Assembly: GCA_963751575.1 (NCBI GenBank)
Contig: CAVVUX010000003.1
Coordinates: 292,563-356,562 of the forward strand
Length of the DNA stretch: 64,000 nt
Reading direction: 5' to 3'
Origin: an uncultured Chloroflexia bacterium
Lineage (GTDB): Bacteria > Chloroflexota > Anaerolineae > Anaerolineales > UBA11858
Of the stretch, positions 22,570 to 35,361 are shown in pieces. How positions within the stretch are numbered: the stretch's first letter is position 1; each line of letters starts with the position of its first letter. The position numbers and the translations under genes were made by a program. Under the pieces are notes generated by a model, which worked only from the letters and a program-made list of their open reading frames with translations, searched no databases and was not told the DNA's origin.

Positions 22570-22986
22570 TCATTTTCTATCGCTAACTATTACCCCAGGG
22601 CACAGCGCCAGGAGTTTCCCACTATTCAATCTATATTGGTCCCAGAACGGGAAGGTCCGGCATTGGCTGGGCCTGGCATCATAAACCAGGCAGCGGTTAT
22701 TGTAGGGGTCAAATAGAGCACAATGATACTCCCCATCACGCAGCCGCTCCTGGAGCGAAAGTCGGCCATAAGCTGCCCTGACATATTCATTGGCAAAGGC
22801 ATCCGGATCGAGATTCATAATCCCGGCCATCCCGACCAGTTCATCTTCCGTGATCCAGACGTAGCCGCCCCAGCGGCAGCATTGACCCTGGCAGGTCAAG
22901 CAGGCGGATTGATTGAATGTGAAAGGGTAAGGATCGGTCATGTTTTGGTCGTTAACTGCGAGCGATAAGTGTTTGATCGAGGTCAA
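22570..22986 (-). CDS. YkgJ-family cysteine-cluster protein
   Basis: CLTCQGQCC...C..F....C.VY.ARPSQCRTFPFW...CPG. Confidence 0.85.
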   Translation of the reverse strand: MTSIKHLSLAVNDQNMTDPYPFTFNQSACLTCQGQCCRWGGYVWITEDELVGMAGIMNLDPDAFANEYVRAAYGRLSLQERLRDGEYHCALFDPYNNRCLVYDARPSQCRTFPFWDQYRLNSGKLLALCPGVIVSDRK

Positions 22987-22989
22987 TTA

Positions 22990-23598
22990 TCAGGTTTTTC
23001 GCCTGAAAAAATAAGCAGAGATCCAGTAGCAGATCAGGGTCAAGATACCGGCGGCGACTAAATCCAGGACAGCATGCTGTTTGGTAAAGAGGGTTGACAG
23101 GATCACGATAACCGCGATTGAGATCCATAAGATCCTCTGTTTCGGAAGCCAATCAATCCAGAAGATGGTAATGATCAGGGTTGTATAAGTATGTCCGCTG
23201 GGCAGGGCATTATAAGGCTGGTCATTGCCATAGATAAACTTAATCAACTGACTTAAATAGTCTCCACCAATGATTTCTGGCCGTTCCACATAAGTTGGGA
23301 AAATAATATATATCAGATAACTGGTCAAAATCGTTAACCCCAAGCAGGCTGAAAAATGCAGGAATCGCTCATATTCCATTTTAATTGCAGCCCAGATTAG
23401 AGCCGCTATCCACCAGAAAATGCTTAGTAAATAGGGGATGGCCCAGATGGGTGCCAGGATGATCCTGGAATCGATCGCCAGATAGGTCGTTATACCTCCT
23501 GCCATGTTTCGGTTGATCGGAAAATAGATCAGCTGCAAAATGGTCAGGAAAAACAGGATGGCAACCCTGATCCTAGCTTGGCGAGGGATTGTTTTCAT
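22990..23598 (-). CDS. PAP2/AUR1-like membrane phosphoesterase
   Basis: NALPSGH and STLFTKQH..LD; multi-TM. Confidence 0.8.
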   Translation of the reverse strand: MKTIPRQARIRVAILFFLTILQLIYFPINRNMAGGITTYLAIDSRIILAPIWAIPYLLSIFWWIAALIWAAIKMEYERFLHFSACLGLTILTSYLIYIIFPTYVERPEIIGGDYLSQLIKFIYGNDQPYNALPSGHTYTTLIITIFWIDWLPKQRILWISIAVIVILSTLFTKQHAVLDLVAAGILTLICYWISAYFFRRKT

Positions 23599-23723
23599 GG
23601 TATTTCCTTGTCTTGAACTGGTTGGGGGACTATTAATTCATCGTCCATCTCGTCCGCGGCTCCGAACAAGGCCATATTCTTAGCTCCCCAGCCCGGCAGC
23701 CAGCTTAATCAGCAGGCAGCAGA

Positions 23724-24350
23724 TTAGCGTGCCTTGGATTTTACCCTTAAGGTGGCAACCTGAAAATAAAGAGGGGCATCTTTCTCAAGATTTTGCCGTT
23801 CAAACTTTTCAACCTCAAACTCGCGGGAAGCCATTTGACACATTTGATCATCAGTCAGCAGGGAAAAAAACCGCTTGGGATCGTGATAGTCATCCTGATA
23901 CACGCCTTCCCTAGACTCACCTCCATACTGGCCCCAGAAGAATAATCCACCAGGGACCAGGATTTGCGAGATCCTGGTCAGGACTCCAGGCAGATCTTGG
24001 GAAGGGATGTGAAGCAGGGAGCTGAACGCCACAGCACAGTCATAGTCCCGCGAGAGATCATCCAGGTCCAACAAGTTCATCTCAAGGCACTCGAGTCCCT
24101 TTTCCCGGCATTTTTCGACGTGAGCAGGTGATAGGTCAATACAGGTAACAGCAAGACCCTGGTCCTGGAAGAATTGAGCATGAACGCCTGTTCCCGCGCC
24201 TAGATCAATTAGGGTGGATTTTCCTTCCAGTTCGATCAATTCAAAAAATTTCCAGCGCAAATCCACCTTCCACTCCGCAACCTCGAAATTATCCCTCTCT
24301 TCAGCATTGCGATCATAGGCCAGGATCAGATTCTGAGTTATGTTGTCCAT
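23724..24350 (-). CDS. Class I SAM-dependent methyltransferase
   Basis: LIDLGAGTG, IDLS, LVPGGLF. Confidence 0.88.
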   Translation of the reverse strand: MDNITQNLILAYDRNAEERDNFEVAEWKVDLRWKFFELIELEGKSTLIDLGAGTGVHAQFFQDQGLAVTCIDLSPAHVEKCREKGLECLEMNLLDLDDLSRDYDCAVAFSSLLHIPSQDLPGVLTRISQILVPGGLFFWGQYGGESREGVYQDDYHDPKRFFSLLTDDQMCQMASREFEVEKFERQNLEKDAPLYFQVATLRVKSKAR

Positions 24351-24466
24351 CTGAATATTGTTCCTTGTTGATCAGTTTTTCCTATTTGGCTCGAGCAGGT
24401 CGTCTTGTTCCTCTGGCAATCACTCCCGTGATCATGATTGAGATTCTGGCTGGAGCTTGAGCAGCT

Positions 24467-25696
24467 TTAGCTGATATTTTTCTTTGCTCCTTTTGGTATT
24501 TTTAGCTTCCAAAAAGCCAGACAACTTAATCCAAGACAGCCAATAGCGGTAATCAGAAAAGGTGTTCCCGGACTAAAACGGTCCCAGAGCAAACCACCGA
24601 GATAGGGTGCTGGTAGAGAAAAGAGTCCCCGGCTGGTCGAGGTTAAACCAAAAGCGATCCCGCGCTGTTCTGCAGGTACCGTTTTCGAGATCAGAGACTT
24701 GGAGGCTGGCACGGCCAGGCCGATCATAAAGGGATGGATCAAAGCAGAGGGGATCAACCCTAAAAAATTGCGGGCGAGCAGAGGTGTGGCAAAGAAGAAA
24801 GCTAACAAGAAGTGAGCTAAACCTAATCCCACATTCTCTCCTTTTTTATCAACCCAAGATCCAAGGGGAATAGTTACCAGCAGGGCAACTAAGGAACCTA
24901 TCATCGGTATAAAACCGATTTGCTCGATGCTTACTCCAACAACATCTTCAAAATAAAGAAATTGAAATGAATTGGATAGACCTACAAAAATATCATTCGC
25001 ATGATCGATAATGAACATCCAGGTGAATAATCCACCTGCAAGTAACAGGCTGAAGATCAAACCAATACTTTTTCCAAATGGCTTCGGAGTGTTCTTGACC
25101 TGATCTAAGTCGATTTTCTGATCAGGTCTCCTCTCTAAAACAGCCAAGACGATTGTGCCAAAAATGAAAAGTAAGGCGGCGGCCAGGATCATCATTCTAA
25201 ATCCAAATCTGGCCACTAGCAATCCGGCCAGGGGAAATTTGACAAGGTTTACCGCATTTCGGAGGTTAAGTTGAACAGCGTAGACCTTGGCCCTGTTTTC
25301 ATCAGCGGTGTGATCAGCTATATAGGCTGCAAAACTTGGTCCTCCCAGTGCCCAACCAATTCCAATTAAGGAAAAAACCAGGATCATCCACTGCCACTGA
25401 TCGACAAAGATCATCACAGCAAAGGAAAACAGCTTCAGGAGATTCCCCCAGGTGATAGTCTTTATCCTCCCAAACTGGTCTGAGAGCCACCCGCCAATGA
25501 TATTCAGAGCAAGCGGAACCACATCTGACAGTGAATAGATTAATCCGATTTCTACGACACTGGCTCCCAAATCGCTCATAAACAAGGGAAGGAACAAAAT
25601 GTACATATCCGAGAAATTGATCAGCATTTCTCCTGCCAGAAACAAACGCAAAGATGGAGTAAGAATAGAGCTTAGAGCTTTTTCCTTATTCTCCAT
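24467..25696 (-). CDS. MFS transporter
   Basis: GGWLSDQFGR motif A; about 12 TM. Confidence 0.88.
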   Translation of the reverse strand: MENKEKALSSILTPSLRLFLAGEMLINFSDMYILFLPLFMSDLGASVVEIGLIYSLSDVVPLALNIIGGWLSDQFGRIKTITWGNLLKLFSFAVMIFVDQWQWMILVFSLIGIGWALGGPSFAAYIADHTADENRAKVYAVQLNLRNAVNLVKFPLAGLLVARFGFRMMILAAALLFIFGTIVLAVLERRPDQKIDLDQVKNTPKPFGKSIGLIFSLLLAGGLFTWMFIIDHANDIFVGLSNSFQFLYFEDVVGVSIEQIGFIPMIGSLVALLVTIPLGSWVDKKGENVGLGLAHFLLAFFFATPLLARNFLGLIPSALIHPFMIGLAVPASKSLISKTVPAEQRGIAFGLTSTSRGLFSLPAPYLGGLLWDRFSPGTPFLITAIGCLGLSCLAFWKLKIPKGAKKNIS

Positions 25697-26246
25697 TATC
25701 TAAGATCCCTTTCTGAGGTTTGCTTCCTGCATTTGTGCTCTGGTAAGTCAACTATCGGACAAAAACAAAAACTGCCTTCGGGGGGTTTTTGAGAGTCAAA
25801 CTCAATTGAGATCAAGAAATATCTAATTAAACAAGCAAGGTTTTGATGATATTGTCAGTGTAACATATCCCAGACCTGACGTTATTGGGTGATCATTTTT
25901 GCAGGAGAAACAGCAAGGAGATTTTGATGAGGCAGGAATCAGACCCATCAACCGAAAACAGAAGTTGGAAGACCGTGCACCAGGTTGGGATTTCCAGATC
26001 GTTATCAAAAACTGCTCAATCCACGAACCCAGCTTTTTTTTGACATTGACAGCTGCTGGTATGCCACTCAGGCTCAGATTGCTATCTGACAGTAAAATTC
26101 AAACCTTTCAGATGCATTTATCAAACCGGGCTCTGCCTAATAATTCCCCAATTAAGAATTACGTAAGGTGCCTCTGCCTAATTTATTTACAACCTAAATT
26201 ATGGTAATATCAAGATTGTATTGTTGTACACCAAGGAGAACGCATT

Positions 26247-26621
26247 ATGGTTGGATCAAGAGCTGAAGAAATGGTCAAGCGTTTGCGGGAAATGCAGAAC
26301 GCCACACCAGAAATCGAAGCTTCAGCGGTCGTTTCAGTCGACGGACTGACCATCGCCTCAGCCCTTCCCAGCAATGTGGAAGAGGACCGGGTCTCGGCCA
26401 TGTCGGCAGCCATGCTCAGCCTCGGAGAACGCATTGCGGTTGAACTCAACCGGGGTAAGCTGGACCAGGTCTATATCCATGGGGATGACGGATATGTGAT
26501 CCTCTCTGCGATTGGAACCGAAGCGGTACTTACAGCCCTGGCCAGGGAAAAGGCCAAACTGGGATTGGTTTTCCTCGAAATGCGGCGGGCCGCAGACGAT
26601 CTCAGTAAATTGATCGACTGA
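26247..26621 (+). CDS. Roadblock/LC7 (MglB-like) protein
   Basis: AVVSVDGL.IAS, RVSAMSAAMLSLGER, AKLGLVF. Confidence 0.9.
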   Translation: MVGSRAEEMVKRLREMQNATPEIEASAVVSVDGLTIASALPSNVEEDRVSAMSAAMLSLGERIAVELNRGKLDQVYIHGDDGYVILSAIGTEAVLTALAREKAKLGLVFLEMRRAADDLSKLID

Positions 26622-26710
26622 TGAATACTGGAGCACAAACACACACTCACTAAAGAACGGGGAGGGTTGATATCAGACCCTCCCCTCTTCACTTAAAAGG
26701 GCAAAATTAA

Positions 26711-28339
<1,629 letters not shown>

Positions 28340-28343
28340 TACA

Positions 28344-28376
28344 AGGGATCCGGTCCCTTTAAGGGACCGGATCCCT
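28344..28376. repeat. Family B palindromic doublet AGGGATCCGGTCCCT-TTA-AGGGACCGGATCCCT
   Basis: Identical 33-mer at 62031; arm-swapped copy at 60615. Confidence 0.9.
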
Positions 28377-28396
28377 ATTTTAATCAGCCCTGATAG

Positions 28397-29731
<1,335 letters not shown>

Positions 29732-29857
29732 GGGTCTGACTGGAACCAGAAATCGATCAAATATAAAGGAAATGGTTTCCTGTAAGCCAGGGATACTCAG
29801 CATCCGTGCAGAATCCCCTTTACTTGATTTACTGGGAAAATAATCACCTAAACACAA

Positions 29858-29890
29858 AGGACACGGTTACCCTTTAGGCAACCGTGTCCA
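29858..29890. terminator. Hairpin between convergent eno and zinc-ribbon genes (related hairpin near 40303-40340)
   Basis: GGACACGGTTACC/GGCAACCGTGTCC inverted repeat flanked by A and T runs. Confidence 0.6.
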
Positions 29891-29916
29891 ATTTTTTTAA
29901 TTTTCTGCTGTTAACT

Positions 29917-30549
29917 TTAGAGCTGATCGATCAAATCCTCATCAGATAAGTCTTCCAGCTCATCTATATCTGCGGCAGCAAAATCAATCTCTTCAGTCTG
30001 AGTTTCGTCCCTCACGTCAGCGAGGGTTTCAATATCTTCCAGAGCAAAATCTGCGTCCTCAATCTTCAGGGATCGCGTGGCCTGGTTGAAGGTCAGATCC
30101 TCAATGCGTTTGCCTGGTTCCGGAGTTCCACAGAAAGGACAGAGACTCCAGGGTAATTTCATCAAATTTCCACAGTTGTGGCAGTTCTTACGAAGTTTGG
30201 TATAGCAATTGGGACAAACAAGCCAATCTTCAGAGGTATGCCGGCCGCAGCCGGGACAGGCTGTCCGTTCCTCGATCGCCTGCAGCAAAGCTTCCTCCTC
30301 AAGCATGTGCTGGTAATCATCTTCCAGGGTCCTGGCGGGTCGCAGGATCAAATACACCACAATGCCAGGTAGGAATAATACGGCAACCAGCAAAACTGCC
30401 AGGATCCTCACCAGGGGATCTTTCACCCTGGACCGAATGTCCCGGTAAGTCCAGAGGATCAAACTCAACCAGAGAGCTGCCAGGAATGCCCCCCCCCAGG
30501 CGGCAAGGATCAGCATGAAATTGTTCAATGAAGATGGATCAAAGTTCAT
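29917..30549 (-). CDS. Membrane protein with double zinc-ribbon and acidic tail
   Basis: Two TM helices, four CxxC (CPGC, CPNC, CHNC, CPFC). Confidence 0.8.
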   Translation of the reverse strand: MNFDPSSLNNFMLILAAWGGAFLAALWLSLILWTYRDIRSRVKDPLVRILAVLLVAVLFLPGIVVYLILRPARTLEDDYQHMLEEEALLQAIEERTACPGCGRHTSEDWLVCPNCYTKLRKNCHNCGNLMKLPWSLCPFCGTPEPGKRIEDLTFNQATRSLKIEDADFALEDIETLADVRDETQTEEIDFAAADIDELEDLSDEDLIDQL

Positions 30550-30844
30550 TTTTTTTCTCCTCGCTAAAAATTATACCCTTTTTTCATTTGGTGGAAAATT
30601 CAGCCACCCCCTTGCTGGGAGCAGGGCATTCATATATAAAGATGGCAGGGATTTGTGATATGGGACCAGGGGGAGAACACCGGATAAAATAATTCGAATC
30701 AAGATAGAGGACCGCTCTCCCAAAACCATGACCACTAGAGCTGGCCATCCTGCGAGAATCCGGGAAGATCGATCCAAAGCCCCTCAACCTGGGAGCTGTT
30801 TCTCAACCCAGTCGGTCCTGGAGGGTGAGTCAAAGGGGGTATCA

Positions 30845-31552
30845 ATGAAAGAAACGGAATCCGGGTACGGAATTATGGATCTAGATCAAAGCGAACGGCC
30901 CCGCGAGAGATTGGCAAAAATGGGTGCCCAGGTGTTGAGCACAGCCGAGCTTCTGGCAGTACTTTTGAGGGTTGGTGTAGAGGGAGAAAATGCCGTTCAG
31001 CTGGGTCAGCGCTTGCTGAAAGATTTTAATGGGCTGATCGGCCTGCAAAAAGCAACTTACACAGAGATTTGCAGTCAACACGGGATCGGGAAAGCCAAGG
31101 CTGCCCAGATTAAAGCTGCCATCGACCTCGGACGACGTTTAGCCATCAAAACTGAGGAGGATCGGATTATCGTGCACAGCCCGGAAGATGCTGCTGACCT
31201 GGTCCAGTACGAAATGAGTTCCCTGGAACAGGAACAGCTGCGGGTGCTGTTATTAAACACTCGAAATCATATCCTCGGGGTCAGGACCATCTATCAGGGT
31301 TCGCTCAATAGTTCTCAGGTCAGGGTGGGTGAGCTTTTCCGTCCTGCAATCAGGGAGAATGCCGCTGCTATCATCGTAGTCCACAACCACCCCAGCGGGG
31401 ATCCTTCTCCCAGCCCCGATGATGTGGCTATTACCAAAGCTATTATTAATGCCGGAAAATTACTGGATATCCAGGTTCTGGATCACCTGATCATCGGCCA
31501 GGGCCGATTCATTTCCCTTAATAGGAGAGGATTGGGGTTTTCGGAATCCTAG
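30845..31552 (+). CDS. radC: RadC family JAB-domain protein
   Basis: ERPRERL, ELLAVLL, HNHPSGDPSPSPDD, LDHLII. Confidence 0.93.
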   Translation: MKETESGYGIMDLDQSERPRERLAKMGAQVLSTAELLAVLLRVGVEGENAVQLGQRLLKDFNGLIGLQKATYTEICSQHGIGKAKAAQIKAAIDLGRRLAIKTEEDRIIVHSPEDAADLVQYEMSSLEQEQLRVLLLNTRNHILGVRTIYQGSLNSSQVRVGELFRPAIRENAAAIIVVHNHPSGDPSPSPDDVAITKAIINAGKLLDIQVLDHLIIGQGRFISLNRRGLGFSES

Positions 31553-31836
31553 ATGGTTCCGCGGATATAAAACTTTTCAAATTCGCCGCTGGCATCCTGC
31601 AGATCTGTTTTGACCTGGTCGACTGCAGATGACCGCGAGCCTTTTTCTAACTTCTGGACTAATTCCTTAAGAAGATCCAGCTCTCCTTCAGACACAACTT
31701 CAACCGAACCATCCCTGCGGTTTCTGACCCAACCAACAAGTCCAAGATCTACAGCAGTACCCATTACGAAGTAGCGGAACCCAACTCCCTGGACCCGGCC
31801 AATAACCCGGGCATGCAAACGGTGCTTATTCGCCAT
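31549..31836 (-). CDS. acyP: Acylphosphatase
   Basis: GRVQGVGFR, GWVRNRRDGSVE. Confidence 0.93.
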   Translation of the reverse strand: MANKHRLHARVIGRVQGVGFRYFVMGTAVDLGLVGWVRNRRDGSVEVVSEGELDLLKELVQKLEKGSRSSAVDQVKTDLQDASGEFEKFYIRGTI

Positions 31837-33112
31837 CAGCGTCCATTCTGAAATCAAATTCTTCAGTAAGGGGATCGACCTCTATCCTGGCCGCGAGATC
31901 TTCTTCGTCTGTCTGCCAGTCCCCAAGTTCAGGATCTTCCCGCTTCCTGGATAAGATGAACAAGACCAAGCCAGCAATCGCTGAAATTAGGACTGCAACC
32001 AAAATGTAAATTACCAGCATTATCTTTCCCCCGCCAAATGTCGCCCGCTGCCATTCCTGATCGAGATCCGCAAGGGTGATTCCCAGGGCAGATTCAACAC
32101 CGCGTTCACAGCTCACTCCCTGGTCATAAGCAAAAATCAAAGCCTGAATGGCTGGTAAACCATACTGGCTGTGTAAATAGTCCACCAGGGAATCCGCCTG
32201 GGCATAGGATAACAGAGCCAGGTCGGGGTCTACTGGAAAAGCCTGGCAGATATGGGCTATGGGAATCAGGTCATTGCCTGATGAAGCTTTATCCAAAATA
32301 AGGTCATACTCCGGCAGGCTGTAAGCTTCCATGTGCGAGGCCAATCCCTCACTGAACCAGGCCGGAAGGTATTCATATTCCACACCCATAAAACGGTAAA
32401 GATAGATATGAGTCAACTCGTGCGGGATCAAACGCTGGATCTCAAGTGGTTGATCAACTGCCGGGGGTAAGGCAACCACCACAGATCCCCTGGCAGGGTC
32501 AGTATGTCCGCCGACCCAATTTTGTCCGATGCTGGTCAAGGTGGTTTGCAGATCATCTTCAGATCCATAAATAAAGATTGTGATCGGCTGGTTATCCGGC
32601 GGCTGCTGAAGCAGTTCGAGGATTTTTTCCTGCCCAGCTACCGCAGCATCAAGGACCTCCTGGGCTAACACTATCTCTCCCTCGTACCAGTAAATCTTGA
32701 AGGGATCCTCATTCAATTCCTGCCAGTTAAAACGGTTATCCAGGTATGTGAATTGATAAGATGGTGAATCCACAACAATGCCATCAGAAAGGGTAAATTG
32801 ATAAGAATAACTTACGTTGGCAAAGGCAGGAAGAGGACGCTGGGAGAGGTCATAGGTAAACGAGCCTTCGCCCTCACTGCTATAAGAAACCGCTCCGACG
32901 AATGTTGGCACTCCGGATGCCTGGATAAAAAGAGTTAGACTTTCCACCCTGGAAGAACTGTTAAAGTCGATCTGGAATGCCAATTCTTCCCCAAACTCAT
33001 ACTCCAATCCCTGGGAGATGACCTCAACCGGGTTTTGAGCCTGTGCGCTCGTCAAGGTTGAACTTAATCCAAAGACTATCAGAACCAGGTTAAGCAAAAT
33101 TGTTTTTTTCAT
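31826..33112 (-). CDS. Exported gluzincin (peptidase MA-like) with C-terminal TM anchor
   Basis: Signal peptide, HELTH..WFSEGLA, C-terminal hydrophobic helix. Confidence 0.8.
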   Translation of the reverse strand: MKKTILLNLVLIVFGLSSTLTSAQAQNPVEVISQGLEYEFGEELAFQIDFNSSSRVESLTLFIQASGVPTFVGAVSYSSEGEGSFTYDLSQRPLPAFANVSYSYQFTLSDGIVVDSPSYQFTYLDNRFNWQELNEDPFKIYWYEGEIVLAQEVLDAAVAGQEKILELLQQPPDNQPITIFIYGSEDDLQTTLTSIGQNWVGGHTDPARGSVVVALPPAVDQPLEIQRLIPHELTHIYLYRFMGVEYEYLPAWFSEGLASHMEAYSLPEYDLILDKASSGNDLIPIAHICQAFPVDPDLALLSYAQADSLVDYLHSQYGLPAIQALIFAYDQGVSCERGVESALGITLADLDQEWQRATFGGGKIMLVIYILVAVLISAIAGLVLFILSRKREDPELGDWQTDEEDLAARIEVDPLTEEFDFRMDADGE

Positions 33113-33159
33113 GGCCAGTTTATTCAGGTGTGCTGCTCTGAGACGTGAGGATAACCGGA

Positions 33160-34248
33160 TCATTCCATCCAGTAATCATCATCAAGATCGAAATCTTCCA
33201 AACCAATGTCATCATCGTCAAAATCATCGTCTTCGTAACCATCCTGCTGATAATCATAATCATCGAGGATCAAATCATCATCATCGTCCAATGGAAGATC
33301 GAATAATGCGAGGTCTACCCCATCCTCAAGAAAATCCAACCGCTCCAACGCACTTTGTATGAGGTCAGCTTCGTCATCAGTTATTTCATCATCCAACAAT
33401 CCCTGCAAAGCCGGGCCAGCATCTTCACCACCAATCTGCGACAGGGCCAGGATAGCTGCTTCCCGGATGGCGGGAAGATCATCGAGGAGATCAAGAATAA
33501 TCGGGAGGGCATCTTCCAGAGTCAATTCCCCACACGCTCGAACAGCTTCAAGGCGCACTCGGGGTGAGGTGTGATCCAGCCGATCGCAGACCATTTCGCC
33601 ATACTCTATATCGAGGGACCGACCCATCGCAAATATTGCACTTGCGATCCAATCTTCATCATCACTCTCATAAGCCAGGAGTATATGATCCCTGACCTCA
33701 TCGCGGGAGGAAAAACTAATAGCCTCTAGAGCCCGCCGGCGAATATCATCAGGTTCGCTGCTCTTCAGGATAGCGAATAATTTATCTTCGATCTTCTTCT
33801 TGAGTTTGGCGCTGATCTTATCCAGTTCTCCGCGATAAATATATTTTCCCAGGATCGAGGTCGTGACAGCCCTGAGATCGACTGATTCTTCCTTCTCCAA
33901 AACATCAAGGAAATAAGGGATCAGGTCATCTGTATCAAAGACTTCAATTGCCCTGGTAGTGAAAAAGCGAACCTGTTCATCCTCATCCTTCAAAGCCAGG
34001 CGGTAAACACCTTCGAATGATAACAGGGTGTTATCATCTGTGAGCACCTCCAGATCCTCAATTAAAGCCCGGCGGCGCACGATCATAATATCCCCCCAGA
34101 TCCTGGCTAAAGATGCAAGGTTTTCCTGACTGATGTCTGAGAGACGGTACAGGTAAAGAGGATCCAGGATCTGATCCTCATCCAGCAAGGCTGTCAGCAC
34201 CTCGTCAAAGGGCAGTTCATCCAGGGGGGAAAATAGGGGATCTTCCAT
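33160..34248 (-). CDS. HEAT-repeat protein with acidic C-terminus
   Basis: Repeats of VR..A..ALG; Asp-rich tail. Confidence 0.8.
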   Translation of the reverse strand: MEDPLFSPLDELPFDEVLTALLDEDQILDPLYLYRLSDISQENLASLARIWGDIMIVRRRALIEDLEVLTDDNTLLSFEGVYRLALKDEDEQVRFFTTRAIEVFDTDDLIPYFLDVLEKEESVDLRAVTTSILGKYIYRGELDKISAKLKKKIEDKLFAILKSSEPDDIRRRALEAISFSSRDEVRDHILLAYESDDEDWIASAIFAMGRSLDIEYGEMVCDRLDHTSPRVRLEAVRACGELTLEDALPIILDLLDDLPAIREAAILALSQIGGEDAGPALQGLLDDEITDDEADLIQSALERLDFLEDGVDLALFDLPLDDDDDLILDDYDYQQDGYEDDDFDDDDIGLEDFDLDDDYWME

Positions 34249-35303
34249 CAGGGTAGCTGTACTGGTGATGTAAAGTCGAGAATATTAAAATAGATTAATA
34301 AAACTATAACACTGATAAAGCCCACTGCGTTAACCACATTTTGGACATTCTGGGAAACACGCCTGCCGATGATCAGCTCTGGTAGGACAAACAAGATCCT
34401 GCCTCCATCCAGGGCAGGAATAGGGAGCAAGTTTAGCACGCCCAGAGAGACAGTGATAGAAACCAGGAAAAGCATCACATTGATCTGGGATGATGTCCCC
34501 GGCAACAGCTCTCCATCTTTGGCTCCGGAGTAGATATCATACATGCCCTTGTATCCAACCGGCCGCCCAGATGCTTCGCCTGTGCCGCGGATCATTTGCC
34601 CCGGCAGTTTCATAACGGCTATACTGTGCTGACCCGTGGCAGAAAAGGCCAGAGGCAGGGATTGCAACCAGTTGAGTTCCATGACCGGACTGGTCATCAG
34701 GATCCCTATCGCCCCTTCGTCTTCAGGTGGATTTTCACGTGGAATCAGCTGGATCTGCTGCACGATTCCTTCCCGATCAAATTCAATTGTAATTTCTTCT
34801 CCCAGGTTGGCGTAAATTTCTGCCCGCAGGACATCATAGCTATTTGCCTCGACGTCATTGACAGTCAGGATCGTATCCCCAGAAACTAATCCAGCTTCTG
34901 AGGCAGGTGAATTTGCGACGACACTCTCAATTTGGATCACACTGGTATCTGGCATACCTAACTGGCTGAAAATAATTCCATAAATGACAACAGCGGCCAA
35001 CAGGTTCATGGCTGGTCCTGCGAGATAGACACCAATGCGTACAAGTGGCTTGGAATCAGCCAATCCACCTTTTACTTCCGGTTGTGATTCACCAAGCGGT
35101 TTCACAAAACCACCGAGTGGGATCATGTTAAGGGTATATTCTGTTCCCCGAAACTCAAACAACTTGGCAATGCGGGGAGGGAAACCAATACCAAATTCTT
35201 CCACTGGAACACCAAACAGCAGGCAGGCCAGAAAGTGACCCACCTCGTGCAGGATGATCATGGAAGCCAAGACAGCGATAAATTGAATTAAGGTTAGTAA
35301 CAT
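34248..35303 (-). CDS. rseP: RIP metalloprotease RseP (M50, PDZ)
   Basis: HEVGH, AGPAMN, PDZ SPASEAGL, NLLPIPALDGG. Confidence 0.93.
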   Translation of the reverse strand: MLLTLIQFIAVLASMIILHEVGHFLACLLFGVPVEEFGIGFPPRIAKLFEFRGTEYTLNMIPLGGFVKPLGESQPEVKGGLADSKPLVRIGVYLAGPAMNLLAAVVIYGIIFSQLGMPDTSVIQIESVVANSPASEAGLVSGDTILTVNDVEANSYDVLRAEIYANLGEEITIEFDREGIVQQIQLIPRENPPEDEGAIGILMTSPVMELNWLQSLPLAFSATGQHSIAVMKLPGQMIRGTGEASGRPVGYKGMYDIYSGAKDGELLPGTSSQINVMLFLVSITVSLGVLNLLPIPALDGGRILFVLPELIIGRRVSQNVQNVVNAVGFISVIVLLIYFNILDFTSPVQLP

Positions 35304-35361
35304 AGTTTTTCCAGCCTAGTATAAGTCTACCTTTAAATTTTACAGCCTGCTAAGTTGAAGA

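Noticed and set aside
25823-26207. ORFs 25823-26008(-) and 25899-26207(+) as genes
   Set aside because: No recognisable motif or convincing RBS and start codon.
30845-31552. radC as a marker of a mobile element
   Set aside because: Full-length chromosomal form among housekeeping genes, with no mobility genes nearby.
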